Assembly: GCA_963835065.1 (NCBI GenBank)
Contig: CAWIEK010000044.1
Location: forward strand, 160,001-224,000
Source: an uncultured Chthonomonadaceae bacterium
GTDB lineage: Bacteria > Armatimonadota > Chthonomonadetes > Chthonomonadales > Chthonomonadaceae
DNA: 64,000 bases
Direction: 5' to 3'
The position numbers and the translations under genes were made by a program. Positions 42,480 through 52,803 of the stretch are shown piece after piece. A model generated the notes under the pieces. The model saw nothing but the letters and a program-made list of their open reading frames with translations. It was not told where the DNA came from and ran no database searches. Each line of letters begins with the position of its first letter. Position 1 is the first letter of the stretch.

Positions 42480-43340
42480 ATGGGAATGACAGTGGTAGGA
42501 TTGTTTGAAACGCTTGCCGAAGCGCAGGCGGCGCGGCAGGAATTAAAAGACAGCGGGTTTGCCGCGCATGAGATTGATTTGCGCGAACCCTTCAGCGCGG
42601 AGCAGCGCGGGGGCGATATGAGCAGCCTGCTTGCGGAACTGCGCGACGATGGCGTTCCCGCAGAGGATGCGCGATTGTACGTTGCGGGCGTTCAGCAGGG
42701 CGACGCACTGGAATTTTTGCGTACGACGAACGACAAGGCGCAGCTTGCGCTTGACATTATGAACCGGCATGGCGCGCTGGACATTCACCACGCCCATGAG
42801 GTACGCGCGACCACAACAACGACAGCCACCGCCACAGGCGTAGGTACGGGAATGGCTGCCGCCGCTATGTCCACCGCCGCTGTTGCTGCCGCTCCCGTCA
42901 CGCAGACCATAAATACGGAAGGCGAAACGGTTTTGCCCGTCGTGGAAGAGGAAATCGTGCTGGGCAAGCGGGAAATCAACCGGGGCGGCGTTCGCGTGTA
43001 TACCCGCGTGACGGAAACGCCCGTGCAGGAAAGCATCAACCTGCGCGAAGAGCATGTCACAGTGGAGCGCCATGCCGTAGATCGCCCCGTAGACGCGGCC
43101 ACGATGAACAACCTGCGCAAAGGCGTGATCGAAGTGACGGAAACGGCGGAAGTGCCGGTTGTCGCCAAAGAAGCCCGCGTTGTCGAGGAAGTGGTTGTCG
43201 GCAAGCAGGCCACGGAGCGAACCGAAACTGTTCACGACACCGTTCGCCGCGCGGACGTGGAAGTGGAGCAGATCGCCGGACAGACCACAACAACGGGTAC
43301 GACGTTCGACACAATAACGACGACCGACCACAAAATTTAA
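42480..43340 (+). CDS. YsnF/AvaK (DUF2382) domain protein
   Basis: LPVVEEEIVLGKRE...LREEHVTVERH...VVEEVVVGK...DTVRRADVEVE. Confidence 0.88.
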   Translation: MGMTVVGLFETLAEAQAARQELKDSGFAAHEIDLREPFSAEQRGGDMSSLLAELRDDGVPAEDARLYVAGVQQGDALEFLRTTNDKAQLALDIMNRHGALDIHHAHEVRATTTTTATATGVGTGMAAAAMSTAAVAAAPVTQTINTEGETVLPVVEEEIVLGKREINRGGVRVYTRVTETPVQESINLREEHVTVERHAVDRPVDAATMNNLRKGVIEVTETAEVPVVAKEARVVEEVVVGKQATERTETVHDTVRRADVEVEQIAGQTTTTGTTFDTITTTDHKI

Positions 43341-43400
43341 GCATGTTGTGTCCCTACGAATTTGAGCGGTATTGAAGATGAAAGAGTAGGAAAACTGAAG

Positions 43401-44261
43401 ATGGCGGATGAACGTAAACCGGAAACTAAGACCACCGTGACGGAAACCAGCGCGGTCAAGCCGAACGAGGATGGCGCGACCGCTTATCCCAACGGCAAAG
43501 GGAAATTCTCGCCCTGGTGGTTCCTGATATTGCTGGCCCCCTTGCTGTTGCTGCTGATGATAATGTACCGGAACAACAAAGCGAACAACACGGACACAAC
43601 CACAAACACGGTTGCGCCCGTTACGCGCAACGACAATAAACCGGTTGATAGAACGATAGCAACGCCCGGTATGGCGGCGGCAGATTCCACCGCCGCAATG
43701 CCCGGAAGCGGCGGCAGCATGGCCGGCGTTCCCGACAGCGCGGGAATGGTGGGGGATGGCACAGCGGACGCCGCGACAACCACCAGCCCGGACGCGGTTG
43801 CCGGAACGAGTGGGGCAGGCAGTGGCGCACCGGGCAAAGATACCAAAGTGTTCAGCGGCAAAGATATTGCCACTGGCGGAACCGCAACGGCCAGCAGCAA
43901 GGGTGAACCTTTGAGCGACGTTACGGATTTTACCAACGCTGCGGATCGCATGGCGCTGGTGGGGCGCAATGTGAAGCTGACGGATGTGAACGTACAGCGC
44001 GTCTTGACGGATCGCGCTTACTTCGTGGGCGCGGACGAGAACTCCAAGCTGCTTGTACTGCTGGACAAAGACATGAACGCCGGAGCCGGGCCACAGCGCG
44101 TGAAGATTATGCCCGGTCATAAGGTGTCGCTGACGGGCATTTTGCAGCCCGTCCCGACAGCGGAAATCGCCAACGAGCAGTACGGATTGGGAGCGCCCAA
44201 TTACAACGCGATTGCCAACGAGCAAGTCTATCTGCACGTCACGGTTGCGCAAAAGAAGTAG
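43401..44261 (+). CDS. hypothetical single-pass membrane protein
   Basis: PWWFLILLAPLLLLLMI TM, low-complexity linker, globular C-terminus. Confidence 0.7.
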   Translation: MADERKPETKTTVTETSAVKPNEDGATAYPNGKGKFSPWWFLILLAPLLLLLMIMYRNNKANNTDTTTNTVAPVTRNDNKPVDRTIATPGMAAADSTAAMPGSGGSMAGVPDSAGMVGDGTADAATTTSPDAVAGTSGAGSGAPGKDTKVFSGKDIATGGTATASSKGEPLSDVTDFTNAADRMALVGRNVKLTDVNVQRVLTDRAYFVGADENSKLLVLLDKDMNAGAGPQRVKIMPGHKVSLTGILQPVPTAEIANEQYGLGAPNYNAIANEQVYLHVTVAQKK

Positions 44262-44300
44262 GCGCGTTTCCCTCTGAGGTCAGGCGCTATTCTCCTCGCT

Positions 44301-44330
44301 TTGACGTATTGCCCCGCGCAATGGTAGAAT
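44301..44330 (+). promoter_or_regulatory. probable mtaB promoter
   Basis: TTGACG-18 nt-TAGAAT with extended -10 TG. Confidence 0.6.
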
Positions 44331-44342
44331 AGCGGAAAGATG

Positions 44343-44461
44343 GGTGTTCAGGTGTTCAGGTATTCAGGTATTCGGTTCACGACCTTACCGCGTCAAAATT
44401 ACCTTTGTACTTTTGTATTCCCGAACACCTGAATACCTGAACACCTGAACACCTGAACACC
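44343..44461. repeat. palindromic element with GGTRTTCA / TGAAYACC octamer arms
   Basis: Four units on the left, five on the right, in the mtaB leader. Confidence 0.9.
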
Positions 44462-44474
44462 TGATCTGAGGAGT

Positions 44475-46077
44475 GTGCCCGTGCCGACCGCCGCTTTTAC
44501 TACCCTGGGCTGCAAGGTGAACCAGTACGAGACGCAGCGTATACTGGATGACTTTGAAGCGCGTGGGTTTACCATTACCGAATTCAACACGCCCGCCGAC
44601 GTGTACGTTATCAATACCTGCTCCGTAACGCAGGCGGCGGAGCGCAAATCCCGCCAGATGGTGCGCAAAGTAGCGCGTCAAAATCCCGAAGCGGTTGTGG
44701 TTATGACGGGCTGCTATGGCGAAATGGCGCAAATCAAGGGCGAAACCGTTGAAGAAGCCACGCTGCTTGTTCCCAACCACCAAAAGCTGGATACCTTAGC
44801 CCACGTCCTTCGCGCTTATCCACAATTGGAGCAGGACATCGCTTCCAATCCGCCCCTTGCCACCGCGCCGCCCGTTCACGCGCCGAACGCGCGCCACAAT
44901 CAAGGTTCAGGACGGCTGCAACGTGTTCTGCACCTTCTGCTCCATTCCCTACACCCGCAAAGTAATGCGTTCGCGTCCCGTCGGTGAAGTGGTTGCGGAA
45001 GTGGAGCGGCTGGCGAGGGACGGCAATAAAGAAGTGGTGATTACGGGCGTCCTTGTCGGCGCGTATGGGCAGGAAGCCGATTTCGCGGACCGCAACAGGA
45101 CTTATGAGCAGGGACTGTCGGCAACAACTTCGGACGCGCTTCACGTTACTACGCAATCGCAGCATTGGGCGATGGACAGGGAATATGCGCGTCCCGATTT
45201 GGCCGACCTGCTGCTGCGATTGGCGCAGGTGGAAGGCATCGAGCGCGTTCGCCTGTCGTCCATCGAGCCGACGCAGGTAACGGACAGGCTGCTGGACGCT
45301 TTCGCAAGCGAACCGAGGCTGTGCCGCCATCTGCATATCCCCCTGCAAAGCGGCGATACGGGCGTTCTCAACGCCATGAACCGCCCCTACGATCAGGAAT
45401 TCTATTTGGAACGCTGCCGGGCGGCGTATGCGCGTATTCCCGGCCTTGCCATCACCGCCGACATCATGGTAGGCTTTCCGGGTGAAGACCGCGCCGCCTT
45501 TGAAAACACGCTCCATGTTGTACGCGAAGTCGGTTATGCCCGCGCCCATTTATTCCGCTACTCACCCCGCCCCAACACGCCCGCCGCCGACTACGCGCAG
45601 GTGTCCGAGGAAGAAAAGGAAGCCCGCAGCAAAGAACTCGCCGCAGCCTGCCGCGTCACGCAGCAAGCCTTCATACAGCGCTATCTTGGCCGCGAATTGG
45701 ACGTGCTGGTAGAAGGGAAAGAGGGAAGGGAAGAAAAGGAGAAAAGGAGAAAAGGAGAAGAGGAGACAGAGGCGGAAACAGGGGAGAACGCTGATAAAGA
45801 CCGGGAATCTTTAACATTCAACCCTCAACCCGGGCGTCCACCCGCAGGGAAGGACACAACCCTCAACTCTCAACTCCTCAGTGGGTATACGAGCAACTAT
45901 ATTCGGGTGCAGTTTACAGGCGGGTCGCATTTGATCGGCACGATTGCGCGGGTTCGGCTGCTGGAGCCGACGGGGGAAGGCGCGATTGGCGAGGTTGGCG
46001 GCGCGCACTTCGGCCCGCAGGAAGCCCCGCCCGACGCCGATTTCATTCCCCTCGCTACGTTTGCGGCGACATTGTAG
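44475..46077 (+). CDS. mtaB: tRNA t6A37 methylthiotransferase, +1 frameshift near 44856
   Basis: TLGCKVNQYET, INTCSVT, QDGCNVFCTFC radical-SAM motif, RLSSIEP, HLHIPLQSG. Confidence 0.9.
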
Positions 46078-46182
46078 CGGCTCAAACATCGCTTCCGATT
46101 TACCGCCAAGACAAGTCGGCAACGCAACAAAATAGACCGTGTAAAAAGACTCTTCATAGAGGCTTTTGCCCTGACAGCCGGA

Positions 46183-48096
46183 ATGAAGTTTGTTAATATG
46201 GGATTTGCGATAAAATCAACCTTTTTTCCATCCAATGCCTTTTCCCACCTACAAAAACAGTTGCCTCTGTTCGTATTAGGCAACGTACTTTTGTTGCCCG
46301 TAGGTGTTTGCGTTGCGCAACAGACGCCAACCAACACGGCGAGTAAAATTTTATTTACACCTTCTGCTATGGACACGCTCACCCAAGATGCGCGGCTAAA
46401 CCGTCTTGTTACGTTTGAAAAAATTGGAACTCCACTTGGTGAATTGCTGCGCTCGTTGAACAACAAAGAATTAACCCTGAGTGTTAATCGGACGTGTGAT
46501 GGTCAGAAACTGCAAGTGCGCCTGAAGCAGCGTTCGCTGCGCACATTGATGCAGGCGCTTGCGGAACTCATGCCGGGAGAGTGGACCGCAAAGGAAGATG
46601 GGAGTGGATACCTCTTTCGCATGACCAATCAAGCCGTTACGCGGCGGCAAAGGTGGTGGGAGTTATTTCTATCCGAACGTGAGAAAGCGTTGGCGGCTCA
46701 ACGCGCCTGGGTGCTTCAAAATCTGCGCGGTGAGCGGCCTGCGGTTCAAGAGTTTGACATCAGCCCGGAACAACACGCCCAACGTCAGGCAGGGCAAGAG
46801 TTCTTCAAGCTGCTGTCGCCCGATTTGCAGGAGCGTCTTGCCAATCAAATGGACGAGACAACCTTTTACCGCAACAGCTTTGGCACGAGCAACACGGAAA
46901 GCGCTCTTGTGCTTCCCATGTCCGACTTGCCTCCGGCAGCAAGGGAGGCCGCGCGCAAGTACCTGCTTAAAATGCCCAATCTGCCCGCCGATTTCAACCC
47001 GGATGCGGCAATGGCGCGTCTTACCAATGGCGGCATCAACGTCATGGCAGGCTTTACGCTGCCGGATGGACGCGATACCGGAACCGCCTTTGACGGCAAC
47101 CTTCCGGGAGTTAGCGCTGCGATGCCATTGCTCACGCCGGATCAGTCTCGCTTGCCTGGTATTGTGCAGCGTCTTGGTAAAGAAGCGCCGGAAGGCTGGA
47201 AACAGCTTGCCGCCTATCAGCAAAGCAAAGTTTGGCGCAACACCCCACCAGACAAAGTTACCCTGCGGGAAAGGCAGCGCAGGCGTACGGAAACGCTTCA
47301 ATGGCTGGGAAATACAGCCAATGTGGAATACGTTGCCGATTACTACTCTCGAAGTGGGAGCGGCATGACAAGCGCGGAAAAGGCGGACACTCCCAAGCGG
47401 ACGCCACAAGCAGAATTTGATGCCCTGGCAGCCGCTCTTGACGTAAGCTGGAAACAAGTCGACTCTGTATACCTGGTGCGTGACAACCGCTGGTATCGTA
47501 ATGATTGGCTGGAAGTGCCTGCATCCACACTGCGGCGATGGCAGCCGTTCCTTGCTTTGCGACCGGAGAAACATGCGCCCTCAGACGCGACGCGCGCCTT
47601 GACGCAGCAGCGCTTGCGGAAGTTGTGCGATTGGCAAGCGGATGTTGTGAATGCCCTTTCTCCCTGGCAGATCGGATGGGGATTAAAATACGCGCAAATA
47701 GAATTGAGCGGCGAAACGACGGAAGCCTTTGTTAAACGCCAGCCCAAAAAGCAGCGCTTGACGCATGAGGATGGAACGGCAACAGAGTATACGCTTCCCT
47801 GGGAAGACTATCCTTTTTGGGAGCCCGTTGAGGCTTTGCTTAATCACTACAAACTGGCGCAATTCTACGCGGCGTTAGACACCGGAGCGCGTACAGCGTT
47901 GCTGCAAGACGGCCTTGATTTTGCTTCCCTGCCCGCTGACGCGCAGGCGCAGGCATTGTATTTGATTCCGAACTTGCGGATTTGGGGCAGTCAGCATCCG
48001 GGCAGGCCGGTTCGTCTGCGCCTGCGCCAATCCTTGCCGCCGGGGATTGTGCCGGTTGGCGCAATCATGGGAGCGCTGGAATTCACGCCTTTGTAA
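46183..48096 (+). CDS. large hypothetical secreted protein (start uncertain)
   Basis: 637-aa ORF with a hydrophobic signal-like segment; no family recognised. Confidence 0.65.
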   Translation: MKFVNMGFAIKSTFFPSNAFSHLQKQLPLFVLGNVLLLPVGVCVAQQTPTNTASKILFTPSAMDTLTQDARLNRLVTFEKIGTPLGELLRSLNNKELTLSVNRTCDGQKLQVRLKQRSLRTLMQALAELMPGEWTAKEDGSGYLFRMTNQAVTRRQRWWELFLSEREKALAAQRAWVLQNLRGERPAVQEFDISPEQHAQRQAGQEFFKLLSPDLQERLANQMDETTFYRNSFGTSNTESALVLPMSDLPPAAREAARKYLLKMPNLPADFNPDAAMARLTNGGINVMAGFTLPDGRDTGTAFDGNLPGVSAAMPLLTPDQSRLPGIVQRLGKEAPEGWKQLAAYQQSKVWRNTPPDKVTLRERQRRRTETLQWLGNTANVEYVADYYSRSGSGMTSAEKADTPKRTPQAEFDALAAALDVSWKQVDSVYLVRDNRWYRNDWLEVPASTLRRWQPFLALRPEKHAPSDATRALTQQRLRKLCDWQADVVNALSPWQIGWGLKYAQIELSGETTEAFVKRQPKKQRLTHEDGTATEYTLPWEDYPFWEPVEALLNHYKLAQFYAALDTGARTALLQDGLDFASLPADAQAQALYLIPNLRIWGSQHPGRPVRLRLRQSLPPGIVPVGAIMGALEFTPL

Positions 48097-48222
48097 CCCG
48101 ATGCATCCCAATATGAGCCGTCCAAACGGCGCGTTCAGCCTTGCGGCGTAACAGATTCCTGCTGTTGCGCCGCAGCGCGTTAATCAGGCGTTTTTTCCTG
48201 CCGCGAATTGAGGCGCAACTAT

Positions 48223-48251
48223 TTGACATGGCGCGTCTGTCATGCTATAAT
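48223..48251 (+). promoter_or_regulatory. tRNA promoter
   Basis: TTGACA-17 nt-TATAAT with extended -10 TG. Confidence 0.85.
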
Positions 48252-48264
48252 GAACAGACAGTCT

Positions 48265-48353
48265 GGAGTGATGTCCGAGTTGGTCTAAGGAGCACGACTG
48301 GAAATCGTGTATACGCCAAAAGCGTATCAAGGGTTCGAATCCCTTTCACTCCG
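48265..48353 (+). tRNA. tRNA-Ser (GGA)
   Basis: Acceptor GGAGTGA/TCACTCC with G discriminator; anticodon arm CACGA-CTGGAAA-TCGTG; long variable arm; GGTTCGAATCC; CCA not encoded. Confidence 0.96.
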
Positions 48354-48592
48354 TTCCATTATCGGTGTTAGGTATTGGGTATTCGGTGTTTGGGAGTTTC
48401 GCTTGCAACAGGCGCTCTGCGATTGAATAGCGTATTGGGGGATGGGCGTGGCCTTTGCTATGCTGCATCCCCTGTTTTGTTCCTGTTCGCTTAACATCAT
48501 TGTGTTTCAAACATTCGCGCATGTTCGTGTTTCCACGCTTTGGCTGCCCTGCGCTCATTCTGTTGTGTTTGTGTCTGTTGAAGGAGAACCGC

Positions 48593-50191
48593 TTGCCCAC
48601 GCGCTTCCATTCGCGTTCATCCCTCCGCCTGCTTTGCCGCTATTCCTGGCTTGGCCTTGCCCTGCCGTGCGTCTATTTTGGCGCTGCCGGGCTTGCGTTT
48701 TCCGTTCGCCAGCATCAGGCCAATGCCGCCCGCGCCGGACTGCGCCTGCCGGTTTTACCCGCGCCCACCGCCGCCACCCGCCTGATGGTTTTTGCCCCCC
48801 ATTGCGACGATGAAACTTTGGGCTGCGCCGGATTGATGCAGCAGACCGTACAGGCCGGCGGCAAAGCGCAGGTCGTGATCTTGACCAACGGCGACGGTTT
48901 TCGCGCCGCTGTGGAGTGTCAGACGGGACGCCTGCGCGTGGAGCCGCAGGATTATGTTCGTTTCGCGGATTTGCGCCAGCAGGAGTCGTTGCGCGCCCTT
49001 GCCAACCTGGGCGTCACGGCGGACAACGTACATTTTTTAGGCTATCCTGATCAGGGATTGCTCGCCCTGTGGAACGACAACTGGACGCCCGACCATTTGT
49101 ACACCTCCCTGACCACGCGCTGCGATCACGCGCCGTATGCAAAGGTGTTTCGTTCGCAAACGGCATATTGCGGCCAGAATGTATTGGATGACATCAAAGC
49201 CGCCCTGCGCGCGTTCCGGCCCACGCTCGTCACGATCACGCACCCTTCCGAAGACCACGCCGACCACGCCGCTTCTGCCGCGTTCGTGGACCGCGCCTTG
49301 CAGGAATTGCGCGAAGACCCGCAGGATGCGGCGTGGGCAAAACAAACCCGGCTGGAACACTACCTGGTGCATCGGGGCGATTGGCCCCTGCCGCAAAAAT
49401 CTAATGCAGCTTCCCCGCTCCTGCCGCCTGTCGAATTGGCGCAGGCCGATACGCGCTGGACCGTTTTGCCGCTCACGCCCGCCCAAACCCAACGCAAAGC
49501 GCAAAGCATCAATTTGTATCCCAGTCAAACCGCCATGATGGGCCGCTTTTTGAACGCTTTTGCCGGCAGCACGGAACTGTACGGCGACCTGCCCGACACC
49601 CATTTAGCAACCGTGCCGGATGGCGCGATACATGGGGACGCGCGTGACGCGGACTGGCAAGCCTTGCCGCCCTGCCTGCTCGATCCCATCCGCGACAATG
49701 TGCTGCGCGATTTGCAGGGCAGTGGCGACATTCGCGCCCTGTATGCCTGCCATGACAGCCATTACTTATATGTTCGCCTGGATTGCCGCCAGCCCGTGAG
49801 CCGCCGCCTGTCCTACTCGCTGCATCTGCGCGCGTTCGGCACAAACGGCGCAACGGCTGCCCACGCCCTGCTTATCAACCTGCGCCCCGCCCGCGCCACA
49901 ACCACCCTTGCCAACGGCATCCGCCTGTCCTCCCACAACCGCCAACTCGAAGCCGCTATTCCGCTGGCCGTTTTGATGGAAGGCATTGGGGAAGAAGAGA
50001 AGAAGAGAAGACGAGAAGACGAGAAGACAGAAGACAGAAGACAGAAGGCAGAAGGGAGCCAACTATCAACTATCAACTATCAACTATCAACTCCTCCTTC
50101 ATCCTTGCGCACTATCGCCGTGAGCGCGGAAACGTGGGGGGGGATTGAGATAGATAAGACGGGGGTTCGGTTTTTGCAGGTTGACCGATGA
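48593..50191 (+). CDS. PIG-L/LmbE family deacetylase with extra C-terminal domain
   Basis: FAPHCDDETLG, TNGD, RQQE, FLGYPD, DHADH; repeat-derived in-frame insert near 49990-50095. Confidence 0.85.
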   Translation: MPTRFHSRSSLRLLCRYSWLGLALPCVYFGAAGLAFSVRQHQANAARAGLRLPVLPAPTAATRLMVFAPHCDDETLGCAGLMQQTVQAGGKAQVVILTNGDGFRAAVECQTGRLRVEPQDYVRFADLRQQESLRALANLGVTADNVHFLGYPDQGLLALWNDNWTPDHLYTSLTTRCDHAPYAKVFRSQTAYCGQNVLDDIKAALRAFRPTLVTITHPSEDHADHAASAAFVDRALQELREDPQDAAWAKQTRLEHYLVHRGDWPLPQKSNAASPLLPPVELAQADTRWTVLPLTPAQTQRKAQSINLYPSQTAMMGRFLNAFAGSTELYGDLPDTHLATVPDGAIHGDARDADWQALPPCLLDPIRDNVLRDLQGSGDIRALYACHDSHYLYVRLDCRQPVSRRLSYSLHLRAFGTNGATAAHALLINLRPARATTTLANGIRLSSHNRQLEAAIPLAVLMEGIGEEEKKRRREDEKTEDRRQKAEGSQLSTINYQLSTPPSSLRTIAVSAETWGGIEIDKTGVRFLQVDR

Positions 50192-50267
50192 TAGAAGTTA
50201 GATTGAGGCGAGTTGGCATAAAGCGGGTTGGAATTATGGGATTTGAATCAACAGGATTTGGAATGGC

Positions 50268-50924
50268 GTGATGCGACTTGGAATTATGGGCGGCACATTC
50301 GATCCGATCCATTTCGGACATTTGTTTGTGGCGGAAGAAGCGCGCTGCCGCTTTGGGCTGGACAAGGTTTTGTTTGTGCCTAATGGTGTGCCGCCACACA
50401 AAAAAGGGTATGTGATTACCGCGCCTTCACACCGCTACAACATGGCGCTGCTTGCCACGCACCCGAACGGCGCGTTTGGCTGCTCGCCCGTTGAAGTCAC
50501 GCGCAACGGGCCTTCCTATACGGTAGACACGCTGACGCAACTGCGCCAACAGCACTCGGACGCGGAACTTTTTTACATCAGCGGCGTAGACGCGGTAGCC
50601 GATATTCTCAGTTGGAAGCGGCACGAGGAAGTGGTGCAGCTGGCGACGTTTATTGCCGCCACGCGCCCCGGCTTCGACCTGCGCAGCCTGAAGGAGCGTT
50701 TGCCTGGCGCGTACCTGACCCGTATTCTGCTGTTGGGTTCCACCGCGATAGGCATTTCTTCTTCAGATATGCGGCAGCGGATGGCGCAGGGCTTACCCAT
50801 TCGCTACATGACGCCGGATGTCGTGATTGATTACATTCGCAAGCACAATTTGTACGCCAACGCCGCCCCGCCCGCGCGCAGCAGCGAAGACACCAATACG
50901 CTTGCCGATACCACCGCTTCGTAA
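50268..50924 (+). CDS. nadD: nicotinate-nucleotide adenylyltransferase
   Basis: GGTFDPIHFGH, PPHK, SYTVDTL, ISSS. Confidence 0.95.
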   Translation: MMRLGIMGGTFDPIHFGHLFVAEEARCRFGLDKVLFVPNGVPPHKKGYVITAPSHRYNMALLATHPNGAFGCSPVEVTRNGPSYTVDTLTQLRQQHSDAELFYISGVDAVADILSWKRHEEVVQLATFIAATRPGFDLRSLKERLPGAYLTRILLLGSTAIGISSSDMRQRMAQGLPIRYMTPDVVIDYIRKHNLYANAAPPARSSEDTNTLADTTAS

Positions 50925-50942
50925 AATGCAGTAAGGAACGTT

Positions 50943-51524
50943 ATGACCGAGACACAGGAAAGGGGCGCAAGTATGCCCGATCAACCAAGTACGCTGGATA
51001 CGCAGGACGCGGATTTTGAACTTCAAGAGGACGCCGAACAGGACGAGCAGGAATTCGAATCGCCCCTTACGGAAGTTATACCGCCCGCCCGCCCGGCTTC
51101 CAATCTGGATACGGAAGAAAGAATGCGCCTGATTGTCGGCGCTGCCGACGCGGTGCGCGCCGAGGACATTGAAGTTCTCGACCTGCGCGAATTGACCATC
51201 ATTGCCGACTTCTTTATGATCTGCACGGGCAAATCGAGCATCCAACTGCGCGCCATTGCCGACCGCATTGACGAGCGCATGCGCGAAGAAGGTATTCGCA
51301 AGCCCCGCATTGAAGGCTATCAGGAAGCGACGTGGATACTGCTGGATTACGGCGACGTGGTTTGTCACCTTATGGCTGCCGAACAGCGCGCCTTTTATCG
51401 GCTGGAAGAGTTCTGGGCCGCCGCGCCCCGTATGGAACTGGAACTGCTGCCGGAAGAAGCCCGCAACGTTCGCGGGGTTCCTACCCGCTTTGAAACGCTG
51501 ACAGAAGAGGTAGACGGTAGATAG
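50943..51524 (+). CDS. rsfS: ribosome silencing factor
   Basis: IADFFMICTG, WILLDYGDVVCH, RAFYRLEEFW; follows nadD. Confidence 0.93.
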   Translation: MTETQERGASMPDQPSTLDTQDADFELQEDAEQDEQEFESPLTEVIPPARPASNLDTEERMRLIVGAADAVRAEDIEVLDLRELTIIADFFMICTGKSSIQLRAIADRIDERMREEGIRKPRIEGYQEATWILLDYGDVVCHLMAAEQRAFYRLEEFWAAAPRMELELLPEEARNVRGVPTRFETLTEEVDGR

Positions 51525-51610
51525 GTAGATGGGTAGACGGCAGCGCAGCAGTTGAAAGAACAGGCAGAGGAACAAGACGGCAGAGGCAGGCAGAAGGCGG
51601 GACAGGGCAG

Positions 51611-52666
51611 ATGGACACAAAATCACAATCGGCAATCCCCAATCCACAACCCCCAATCGAAAATCGGCAATCGGCAACCGTCAATCCGCCCCCGCCAGTT
51701 GAGAACAATCCGCTTCCGGTGGGTGGCGATGCGGATAAGTTGCTGGCGGACGCGGCGAAACGGAAGAAGATCGAGGCGGACTTGCGCGGCATGGGCATGT
51801 CACCCTTCGAGATACAAAAACTGCTTAATGCCGATTCGCATACGTTTGATGCCGAGGCCGCGCCTGCGCTGTCCGCTCCCACGAATACCTCTGCTTTTCC
51901 CGCCCGTGCCGCTGTTTCCGCTCCGTCGTCCCTGCCGCCCCTGCCCCTGCCGCCCACGCCGGCAAAGTCCGCCAAACCCGCCCGCGCTTCCCTGGAATCC
52001 ATGCAGGCGTATGCGGCGGAATTGATGGCGCAAAAGGCCGCCGCGCAGGTGCAGACGGTGCGGGAAGTGTCCCTCGACCTGCCGCCGTTCCGCGAGTCCT
52101 CCCTGCAGGAAGTGCGGCAGGCGGAACCTCTCTTACGCGATGCGGCCATGCTGCGGCGCAAAGAGAAATTTCGAGACGCGGAAATCAAGGCCCGCGAGGC
52201 GCTGCAATTCGTGCCCAAAGACGCCGCCGCTTTGGAATTGCTCGGCGACATTGTGCAGGGCGTGGCCCGCATTGATGAAGCGCTTGCTCTTTACAAACGC
52301 GCTCTGGAAGCCGACCCCAAACGCTCGTCTGCGGAGCGCAAGTACGGCGAACTGCTGGTTTTACAGCAAAACTGGAACGCCGTTGACCCGGAAGCCGTTG
52401 ACCGCAACCCCTGGTTTGCCCGCCTGCTGTCCCTGCTCCTGCCCGGCCTGGGACAATTCCACAACGGCGAAATCGGCAAGGGCTTGTTTTTCCTCGGACT
52501 GGACGCGGTTTGCTTCTTTCTGCTGCGCTCCCCCTACGGCTTCGGCACCCACCACCCCATCGGCCTCAGCCAGGTCGCCTGCATCGTCCTGACCGTCGTA
52601 GTCTACATCGCAGCCCTCGCCGATACCAATGTCGTCGTCCAAACCGGCCCCCGGCAACGCGGATGA
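51611..52666 (+). CDS. TPR-containing membrane protein
   Basis: TPR helices; LLSLLLPGLGQFHNGEIGKG and C-terminal TM segments. Confidence 0.75.
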   Translation: MDTKSQSAIPNPQPPIENRQSATVNPPPPVENNPLPVGGDADKLLADAAKRKKIEADLRGMGMSPFEIQKLLNADSHTFDAEAAPALSAPTNTSAFPARAAVSAPSSLPPLPLPPTPAKSAKPARASLESMQAYAAELMAQKAAAQVQTVREVSLDLPPFRESSLQEVRQAEPLLRDAAMLRRKEKFRDAEIKAREALQFVPKDAAALELLGDIVQGVARIDEALALYKRALEADPKRSSAERKYGELLVLQQNWNAVDPEAVDRNPWFARLLSLLLPGLGQFHNGEIGKGLFFLGLDAVCFFLLRSPYGFGTHHPIGLSQVACIVLTVVVYIAALADTNVVVQTGPRQRG

Positions 52667-52669
52667 AAT

Positions 52670-52803
52670 TGAACCACCAAGACACCAAGAACACCAAGAG
52701 AAGAAAAGAAGAAAACAGATGAATAAATTGTGGTTGAACTGATGTTCTTTTCTTTCGCTTTTCTTATTGTCTTTATTGGTGTTCTTGGTGTCTTGGTGGT
52801 TCA
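52670..52803. repeat. palindromic element with CACCAAGA(A) arms
   Basis: TGAACCACCAAGACACCAAGAACACCAA paired with TTGGTGTTCTTGGTGTCTTGGTGGTTCA; includes the tatD stop. Confidence 0.9.

Noticed and set aside
42543..44252. 569-aa minus-strand ORF
   Set aside because: Antisense to two well-supported plus-strand genes and has no motifs.
48265..48400. tRNA-Ser as an island integration site
   Set aside because: No integrase and no duplicated tRNA 3' end found in the window; the downstream genes are housekeeping.
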